Shown: one piece after another, positions 57,521 through 64,000 of the stretch
How the letters are laid out: every line of letters begins with the position of its first letter
Position numbering within the stretch: position 1 is the stretch's first letter
NCBI GenBank assembly: GCA_965228775.1
Contig: OZ245840.1
Location: 4,739 to 68,738 of the forward strand
DNA from: Alphaproteobacteria bacterium
GTDB taxonomy: Bacteria > Pseudomonadota > Alphaproteobacteria > JANQMY01
Length of the DNA: 64,000 bases
Direction: 5' to 3'
Program-made: the position numbers and the translations under genes
Notes under the pieces: generated by a model
What the model was told of the DNA's origin: nothing
The model's input: the letters and a program-made list of their open reading frames with translations, nothing else
Database searches by the model: none

Positions 57521-58852
57521 CTAACTCTCGTCCGAGGCGGACGTTACTGGGTCGCGGCCGATGGAATGATATTCAAACCCGGCAGCGGCCATTTCCTTTG
57601 GGGTATAGATATTACGAAGATCGATAATAAGTGGTGTCTTTAAGAGACTTTTTGTCCGCTCGAGGTCCAGGGCGCGAAATTCATTCCATTCCGTTAACAA
57701 GACGACAGCGTCCGCCTGTTCCATGGTGTCATAGGTATTCTCAGCCAAGTGAACATCCGGCAGCAATTGACGGGCTTCGCTCATCCCTTCAGGGTCGAAG
57801 GCTTTGATCGTCGCGCCTTTTTCTTGAAGAAGCGGAATGATATCCAGACTTGGTGAGTCCCGCATATCATCCGTGTTCGGCTTGAAGGTCAGGCCAAGAA
57901 TGGCAATTGTTTTCCCTTCAAGATCATCCTTACACGCCTTGATGATCTTATCCGCCATATTCTTCTTGCGCTGATCGTTGACATCGACCACTGCTTGAAC
58001 GATCCGCGTTGGTGCGCCGGCCTCTTCAGCTGTTCTGACCAATGCCAGCGTATCTTTTGGGAAGCAGGAGCCGCCATAACCTGGACCAGCGTGAAGGAAT
58101 TTGCCTCCGATGCGGCCATCCAATCCGATGCCGCGCGACACCTCCTGAACGTTGGCGCCTACCTTCTCGCAAATGTCGGCCATTTCGTTGATGAACGTGA
58201 TCTTTGTCGCCAAGAACGCATTCGCGGCGTATTTGATCAGTTCGGACGTTTCCCTGGATGTAAACAAGATCGGCGTTTCGTTGAGATAGAGCGGGCGATA
58301 GAGCGCACGCATGACTTCCTGGGCCCGTTCGGAATCCACACCAACCACAACGCGATCCGGCCGCTTGAAATCTTCAATGGCAGACCCTTCACGAAGGAAT
58401 TCCGGATTGGATGCCATATCAAAATCGGCATCCGGCCGTTCGGCCTTGATAATGTTTTCCACCTTGCGGCTTGTGCCCACGGGAACCGTCGACTTCGTAA
58501 CGACAACCGTGTACCCGTCGAGGGCTTGGGCGATGTCTTTGGCGGCGGCCTCCACGTAAGAAAGATCTGCATAACCATCACCACGCCGGCTCGGCGTTCC
58601 AACCGCGATGAATACGGCGTCCGCTGATTTTACCGCTGAGGTTAGATCGGTCGAAAAGAACAGTCTGCCGGCGGAGACATTGTCCGCTACAAGGCCATCT
58701 AGTCCCGGTTCGTAAATGGGGATCCGGCCTGCGTTCAGACCGTCAATTTTGGCGGCATCCAAATCGACACAGGTGACCTCATGGCCAAAATCCGAGAAAC
58801 AGGCACCGGAGACCAAGCCAACGTATCCGGTTCCAATCATTGTTACGCGCAT
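57521..58852 (-). CDS. ugd: UDP-glucose 6-dehydrogenase
   Basis: MRVTMIGTGYVGLVSGACFSDFGHEVTCVDLDAAKIDGLNAGRIPIYEPGLD… and GGSCFPKD (catalytic Cys). Confidence 0.9.
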   Translation of the reverse strand: MRVTMIGTGYVGLVSGACFSDFGHEVTCVDLDAAKIDGLNAGRIPIYEPGLDGLVADNVSAGRLFFSTDLTSAVKSADAVFIAVGTPSRRGDGYADLSYVEAAAKDIAQALDGYTVVVTKSTVPVGTSRKVENIIKAERPDADFDMASNPEFLREGSAIEDFKRPDRVVVGVDSERAQEVMRALYRPLYLNETPILFTSRETSELIKYAANAFLATKITFINEMADICEKVGANVQEVSRGIGLDGRIGGKFLHAGPGYGGSCFPKDTLALVRTAEEAGAPTRIVQAVVDVNDQRKKNMADKIIKACKDDLEGKTIAILGLTFKPNTDDMRDSPSLDIIPLLQEKGATIKAFDPEGMSEARQLLPDVHLAENTYDTMEQADAVVLLTEWNEFRALDLERTKSLLKTPLIIDLRNIYTPKEMAAAGFEYHSIGRDPVTSASDES

Positions 58853-58917
58853 CTAAACAACCCATTCATCTGGTTTGGTCTGCCGCTTGTGGGGGCGAGA
58901 CAGGTGAGACAAGTGTT

Positions 58918-59796
58918 CTATGTATTTGGAAGGTAACGGTCGAGAACTTCACTAAAGCGATCTTTAAGGTCTTCCCGACGCAACGCAAATGCGACATTTG
59001 CCTCCAGAAAGCCAACTTTGTCGCCACAATCGTACCGAATGCCTTCAAAATGGTAGCCGTGAAATGGATGGGTGCCGATCATTTTGGCCATAGCATCCGT
59101 AAGTTGGATCTCTCCACCCGCGCCGGTTTCTTGATTCTCAAGCAGATCGAAGATTTCCGGCACCAGAATATAGCGGCCCACGAGAGCGAGCGTGGATGGA
59201 GCTTCTCCTGGGCTCGGCTTCTCAATCATGCCTTTGGTTTCAATCAAAGCACCATCCCGGGCGCCCGGGTCCAGTATCCCATAGCGATTTGTATGCTCTT
59301 CGGGCACGTCCAATACGGCCACGATGTTGCCGTCCGTCTTCTCGAACGCGTCAACCATCTGCGCGAGACATCCTGGGCTGTCATGCAGCAGTTCGTCCGG
59401 CAGCATCACAGCAAAGGGTTCGTTACCAATTAAGTGGCGGGCACACCAAACAGCATGTCCTAATCCAGCAGGCTCTTGCTGCCGCGTAAAAATGACATTC
59501 CCTGCAAGATGGCGAGAATCGGCGATAGACTCGATCTCTTTCGACTTGCTCTTCCGTTCAAGCTGATCCTCAAGCTCATAGGCTCTGTCGAAATAGTCTT
59601 CGATGGCCCCTTTCCCGCGGCCGGTGACGAATATGATCTGCTCTATGCCTGCCTCGACCGCCTCATCCACGGCATATTGGACCAGGGGGCGGTCGACAAC
59701 CGGCAATAATTCTTTGGGCACGGCTTTCGTCGCAGGTAGAAATCGTGTCCCCATTCCCGCGACAGGAAGAACAACCTTCCTTACTTTTCGCGCCAT
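58918..59796 (-). CDS. galU: UTP--glucose-1-phosphate uridylyltransferase
   Basis: VRKVVLPVAGMGTRFLPATKAVPKELLPVVDRPLVQYAVDEA… matches the GalU signature. Confidence 0.9.
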   Translation of the reverse strand: MARKVRKVVLPVAGMGTRFLPATKAVPKELLPVVDRPLVQYAVDEAVEAGIEQIIFVTGRGKGAIEDYFDRAYELEDQLERKSKSKEIESIADSRHLAGNVIFTRQQEPAGLGHAVWCARHLIGNEPFAVMLPDELLHDSPGCLAQMVDAFEKTDGNIVAVLDVPEEHTNRYGILDPGARDGALIETKGMIEKPSPGEAPSTLALVGRYILVPEIFDLLENQETGAGGEIQLTDAMAKMIGTHPFHGYHFEGIRYDCGDKVGFLEANVAFALRREDLKDRFSEVLDRYLPNT

Positions 59797-59983
59797 AATA
59801 TTCCTCTCATCATCTATTGAGAGATTTACCCAACGGCAACTCTACTCAATTGTTTAAAACTGACCCGTGACCCCGCCTTCATTAGCGAGTACTTTCGAAT
59901 ACAGCAGAAAAACAAGAAGTTTTTGCTGAGTTCTCGAGGACTTGTATTTTGCTTGTCTCGAATCGTCTATAATTTTGGTTAAT

Positions 59984-61510
59984 ATGACGTGCAGACTTAA
60001 AAAGATTGCTACGGTTTGGGCCACTTTGACGCTGGTAGCGCCCAATCTGGCGCTGGCGGGGAACGAACCGGCTCTCGACCTGTCGAAAGCCGCCGGATTG
60101 GCGGCGAAGCAACAATATTCTGAAGCGATCGAACTCTATACAGCTATTTTGGAGGGGGACAGCTCCAATACGGAAGATAGAGGGGCTGCATACTATTTGC
60201 GGGGTATTGCCGAGCAAGAAATCGGTATGACCGGCCACGCCATCGCGGATTTCACCCAGGCGATCTGGCTGGGACATCTGGACAATAAGGAACTTGCAAC
60301 GGCTCATTTCCGCCGCGGAAAAGGTTACGCGCTCCTTAAGCAATACAGCCGGGCCATTACGGACTTCGACAGGGCCATTCAATTGGAGCCGTCTTTCTCC
60401 CAGGCCTATAGCGAGCGGGGCGACGCCTACCGAAATCGTGGCATCTACAAGTTGGCTTTGCAGGATTACAGCACGTCGATCCGGCTGCTGAACCCGGATC
60501 TGCACATCCCTTATTTCGGGCGTGGGCTAACCCATGAAGCGATGGGCAATGAGAGGCTCGCGTCGGCCGATTTCAGGCGCGCATCGGAATTGGAGCCCGA
60601 ATTCAGGTCGGCTCAAGCCCGTCTTGCAAAATCGACCGAAATTCAATTTGCCTCCACGGGCAGCATTGAGGTCCAGCAAGATATTGCTGAAACTGAACCG
60701 GTTGCAAACGAAGCCCCTCAACAAGTGGCACAACTAGAACGCCAGCAACTGCCTGAAGAATCGGACGAATTGGCGCGCCATGCTTCAGAAAACGCCGATG
60801 TGAAGCCAAACCAGATTGCGCCAACAGCGCCTGCTGACATCCCGGCGGAGCGTGTTGCTGATGCTGGGCCGGAAAAGCAAAATCTGAAGCATTCGGTCGG
60901 ACAAGCAGAGACCGAGAATGCGGCCGAAGCACCTATTGCTAAAGAACTTGCCGCGAATGCTGTGAGCCCGGCGGTAGCTGTCGCCAACCCTTCTGAAACG
61001 GCGCGTGTTGCAGAGCCTGCCGCGAAAAATCCGGCGCCAGCTGCGCCTGAGAAGATTGCTTCGAATACGACAAGTACCGAAATCGCCACAGAGGAAGAGG
61101 CGACCGGTGCCATTCCTGAGGGCGACAGGGATGTTTCAGCCACAGCCATCCGCAAGGACCAGACAGCTGCGGCAACAGAGCAGCCTGCGAACACGACACG
61201 GTCAGCTGCCTCAGACCAAGGGACAAAGGTCGCTGCCAAGCCAAATGTGGGTAAATTTCTTGTCCAAATCGCGTCCTATCGGGAAAAAGACGATGCGCAG
61301 CGCCGTTTTGATAAGCTGAGCGCACAACATCAGGATTTGTTTTCCGACCTTTCACCGGACATCTTACGCGCCGATCTGGGCGAAAAAGGTATCTACTACC
61401 GCCTTAGAATCGGCCCGTTCCAATCGTTTCAGCGGTCGACGGATGTCTGTAATGCGCTCAAGGAGCGGCAATTGGATTGCCTCGTGATAAAGCGGAAGTC
61501 GGCCGGGTAA
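59984..61510 (+). CDS. Exported TPR-repeat protein with an Ala/Pro/Glu-rich linker and a C-terminal SPOR (peptidoglycan-binding) domain
   Basis: Signal peptide MTCRLKKIATVWATLTLVAPNLALAG. About 6 TPR units (…AYYLRGIAEQEIG…, …AHFRRGKGYALLKQYSRAITDFDRAIQLEP…). A low-complexity region of about 200 aa. C-terminal FLVQIASYREKDDAQRRFDKLS…YYRLRIGPFQSFQRSTDVCNALKE resembles a SPOR domain. Confidence 0.7.
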   Translation: MTCRLKKIATVWATLTLVAPNLALAGNEPALDLSKAAGLAAKQQYSEAIELYTAILEGDSSNTEDRGAAYYLRGIAEQEIGMTGHAIADFTQAIWLGHLDNKELATAHFRRGKGYALLKQYSRAITDFDRAIQLEPSFSQAYSERGDAYRNRGIYKLALQDYSTSIRLLNPDLHIPYFGRGLTHEAMGNERLASADFRRASELEPEFRSAQARLAKSTEIQFASTGSIEVQQDIAETEPVANEAPQQVAQLERQQLPEESDELARHASENADVKPNQIAPTAPADIPAERVADAGPEKQNLKHSVGQAETENAAEAPIAKELAANAVSPAVAVANPSETARVAEPAAKNPAPAAPEKIASNTTSTEIATEEEATGAIPEGDRDVSATAIRKDQTAAATEQPANTTRSAASDQGTKVAAKPNVGKFLVQIASYREKDDAQRRFDKLSAQHQDLFSDLSPDILRADLGEKGIYYRLRIGPFQSFQRSTDVCNALKERQLDCLVIKRKSAG

Positions 61511-61652
61511 GAGTAGCTGCCCAAAATTTTCATCTACATTTCGTGTCCGTGAAAAATCGCCCTCGGCTGTTGAGAGCGCGTGGCATTTCTGTAAACTCGC
61601 GCCAAATTCCGTAACCCGGACCAAATTCACAAAGAAGCAGAGGAACGCAGCG

Positions 61653-63101
61653 ATGGCCGGCATCAAAGCATATGGCGGGTATATTCCCAGGTTGAGGTTA
61701 AGCCGAAAAGCAATGGCCCAGGCGAATGCCTGGTTCAGCCCAGGACTAATGGGACAAGCCAAGGGGGAGCGGTCTCTCGCAAACTGGGATGAAGACAGCG
61801 TCACGATGGCGGTGGAAGCAGCCCGCGATTGCCTCAACGGGTCAGCGCGCGAGGATATTGATGGGGTCTATTTTGCGTCGACCACCATGCCATTTGCGGA
61901 CCGTCAGAACTCCGGCATTTTGTCCGCTGCATTGACGCTTAGCGAAGACATTCCCGCTGCCGATGTCACATCGTCACAACGGGCGGGAACCACAGCCCTT
62001 TTGACGGCGCTTAATTCTGTGTCAGGGGGCGCCGGGAAATGCCATTTGGTTGCGGCGGGGGACAAACGCAAAGCACGATCCGCAAGCACGCAAGAATTCC
62101 AATTCGGTGATGGTGCCGCTGCACTTCTGGTGACAGACGACGACGGAATAGCGAAGTTCCTCGGTAGTCATTCGCTGACGATCGACTTTGTAGATCACTT
62201 CCGCGGCGAGGAAGAAGAATTCGATTATGGCTGGGAAGAACGCTGGATACGCGATGAAGGCCTTATCAAGATCGTGCCGCGCGCTGTTAAGGGTGCGCTT
62301 GAGAAAGCTGGTGTAAACGGCGAACAAATAGATCATTTTGTCTTTCCGTGTACTTTCCCAAGGATACCTCAGACGATCGCCAAACAGTGCGGCATTGATC
62401 CTGAGAAAGTACGGGACAATTTGGCTGCCGTCTGCGGTGAAACCGGTACGGCACATGCTCTCGTGATGCTGGTGGATGCGTTGCAAGACGCAGAGCCTGG
62501 CCAGAAAATTCTGGTTGCCGGGTTTGGGCAAGGGTGCGATGCGCTGGTCTTCGAAACCACCTCAGCTATTAAAGACCTGTCGGCGCGCAACGGTGTCAAA
62601 GGCTCTCTTTCCAATCGAAAGGAAGAGGGTAACTATATGAAGTACCTTGCCTTTAATGGCTTGGTGGAACTCGAAAAAGGTATGCGGGCAGAGGTGGATA
62701 AGAAGACCGCGCTGACAACCACTTATCGCAAGCGGGACATGCTGTTTGGCCTTGTTGGTGGCAAATGTACGAAATGCGGTACCGCGCAGTTCCCGCGCTC
62801 TCGCATTTGCGTGAACCCGAACTGCCAGGCTGTGGACAGCCAGGAGCCTTACAGCTTTGCTGATAAAAAGGGCACGATCTTGTCGTGGTCTGCGGACTAC
62901 TTGGCCTTTTCTATGGATCCACCATCTCACTACGGCATGATTACCTTTGAAGAAGGCGGCCGGTTCCTATGTGACATCACCGATGTGGAGCCAGGTACCA
63001 TCGATTCTGGAATGAATGTTAGGATGGTCTTCCGGATTAAGGACTTCGACGACCGCCGAGGCTTCCGGAGATACTTCTGGAAAGCTGTTCCCGAACTCTA
63101 A
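61653..63101 (+). CDS. HMG-CoA-synthase-like (archaeal-type, thiolase fold) protein fused to a C-terminal DUF35 Zn-ribbon/OB-fold domain
   Basis: N-terminus GIKAYGGYIPRLRL…DEDSVTMAVEAARDCL resembles archaeal HMGCS-type condensing enzymes. C-terminus GGKCTKCGTAQFPRSRICVNPNC (rubredoxin-like Zn ribbon) followed by an OB-fold-like segment, consistent with the DUF35 family. Confidence 0.6.
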   Translation: MAGIKAYGGYIPRLRLSRKAMAQANAWFSPGLMGQAKGERSLANWDEDSVTMAVEAARDCLNGSAREDIDGVYFASTTMPFADRQNSGILSAALTLSEDIPAADVTSSQRAGTTALLTALNSVSGGAGKCHLVAAGDKRKARSASTQEFQFGDGAAALLVTDDDGIAKFLGSHSLTIDFVDHFRGEEEEFDYGWEERWIRDEGLIKIVPRAVKGALEKAGVNGEQIDHFVFPCTFPRIPQTIAKQCGIDPEKVRDNLAAVCGETGTAHALVMLVDALQDAEPGQKILVAGFGQGCDALVFETTSAIKDLSARNGVKGSLSNRKEEGNYMKYLAFNGLVELEKGMRAEVDKKTALTTTYRKRDMLFGLVGGKCTKCGTAQFPRSRICVNPNCQAVDSQEPYSFADKKGTILSWSADYLAFSMDPPSHYGMITFEEGGRFLCDITDVEPGTIDSGMNVRMVFRIKDFDDRRGFRRYFWKAVPEL

Positions 63102-63143
63102 TCGACACATTTATATTGAGGAAAACGCGAAAAGGAGAATTCA

Positions 63144-64000
63144 ATGGCGAGTGGCATCAAAGATAAGGTGGCCGTGATTGGCATGGGCTGCTCTAAGTTC
63201 GGCGAACGCTGGGACTGCGGCGGCGAAGAACTCATGGTCGAAGCCTATCTTGAGGCAATGGAAGATGCGGGCATCGAAACCAATCAGGTGGAAGCCGCCT
63301 GGTTCTCAACCCACATCGATGAAATTGGTGTCGGTAAAGGCGGCACGCCTTTGTCTACGGCATTGCGTTTGCCAAACATTCCGGTAACGCGCGTGGAAAA
63401 TTTCTGCGCCAGCGGCTCGGAAGCGTTCCGTGGAGCGGTTTATGCGGTTGCTGCCGGCGCGTGCGACATCGCTCTTGCGCTTGGCATGGAAAAATTGAAG
63501 GACACGGGCTATGGCGGTCTGCCCGCTGGTCAGCAAGGCACGCTGAACCCGCTATGGTCCGCGAACGGCTCGGCGCCCGGCAACTTCGCACAGCTTGCGT
63601 CCGCCTATCGTGCGAAACACGGAGTGTCTAAAGAAGATCTCAAGCGGGCAATCGCCCATGTCTCCGTGAAGTCTCATGAGAATGGCGCCAAGAACCCGAA
63701 AGCGCATCTGCGCCGTCCGGTGACGGAAGAGCAGGTGATGAACGCTCCGATGATTGCGGAGCCGCTTGGTCTGTTCGATTGCTGCGGTGTGTCTGATGGG
63801 GCTGCTGCCGCTATCGTCACAACGCCGGAAATTGCGAAGTCTCTCGGTAAGGGCAATCTGATCACCGTGAAAGCGCTTCAACTTTCATTGTCGAACGGTC
63901 TTGAATCCCAGCACAATTCTTGGGACGGCAGCTATTTCCACACAGCGCGCATCGCGGCGAAGCGGGCTTACGAAGAAGCCGGCATTAAGAACCCGCGCGA
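63144..64000 (+). CDS. SCP-x/Ltp-type thiolase-domain protein (3'-partial, runs off the window)
   Basis: ATG at 63144 preceded by AAAGGAG. VAVIGMGCSKFGE…ENFCASGSEAFRGAVYAVAAGACDIALALGMEKL is the thiolase active-site Cys region, and LFDCCGVSDGAAAAIV follows later. The frame is open to the window end and was not listed in the ORF track because no stop is reached. Confidence 0.75.
   Translation, partial: MASGIKDKVAVIGMGCSKFGERWDCGGEELMVEAYLEAMEDAGIETNQVEAAWFSTHIDEIGVGKGGTPLSTALRLPNIPVTRVENFCASGSEAFRGAVYAVAAGACDIALALGMEKLKDTGYGGLPAGQQGTLNPLWSANGSAPGNFAQLASAYRAKHGVSKEDLKRAIAHVSVKSHENGAKNPKAHLRRPVTEEQVMNAPMIAEPLGLFDCCGVSDGAAAAIVTTPEIAKSLGKGNLITVKALQLSLSNGLESQHNSWDGSYFHTARIAAKRAYEEAGIKNPR

Noticed and set aside
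57995-58627. 210-aa plus-strand ORF (and 58237..58602 minus) inside ugd
   Set aside because: It is antisense or out-of-frame within a gene whose product has unmistakable UDP-glucose dehydrogenase motifs.

Overview
This is high-GC bacterial chromosomal DNA, probably from an alphaproteobacterium. There are no rRNA or tRNA genes, CRISPR arrays, transposases or integrases. The window has three parts. (1) Positions 1 to 14572 are the 3' portion of a giant RTX-type adhesin gene. It is one uninterrupted ORF of 4826 aa that continues upstream of the window. It carries at least 36 full in-register 324-bp (108-aa) cadherin-like tandem repeats. After the repeats come a jelly-roll-like domain, two divergent cadherin-like domains, about 6 FG-GAP/VCBS repeats, RTX nonapeptide repeats, and a C-terminal tail of the kind used as a type I secretion signal. 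(2) A tightly coupled three-gene module lies directly downstream: a TauD/CAS-like Fe(II)/2-oxoglutarate dioxygenase, a TPR plus ATP-grasp ligase (TAATG stop/start overlap), and a thioredoxin-reductase-like flavoprotein. (3) From 18.0 to 59.8 kb there is a large Wzx/Wzy-dependent polysaccharide locus. It contains the initiating polyprenyl-P sugar transferase, a Wzx-like flippase, two Wzy/O-antigen-ligase-like proteins, a Wzc/ExoP-type BY-kinase, a Wza-like lipoprotein, and a possible outer-membrane beta-barrel protein. It also has GalU, Ugd, GalE, a UDP-GlcA 4-epimerase and UDP-xylose synthase, plus GT2, GT4 and GT26 glycosyltransferases and a Tat-exported GH10-like glycanase. Embedded in this locus is an apparent lipid-linked sugar side pathway. 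Its components are a UbiA-family phosphoribosyltransferase resembling decaprenyl-phosphate phosphoribose synthase, two paralogous GMC flavin oxidoreductases, a B12-binding radical SAM enzyme, a SAM methyltransferase, and a GT2 + GtrA + GT-C trio. Two phosphoesterases also sit in this region. A LysR regulator with a divergent membrane protein interrupts the locus. The 3' end of the window holds a TPR-SPOR envelope protein and an archaeal-type HMG-CoA-synthase-like/DUF35 fusion followed by an SCP-x-type thiolase, which runs off the window. Most minus-strand ORFs in the track over the repeat array are antisense artefacts. All family assignments come from motifs read by eye, with no database search.
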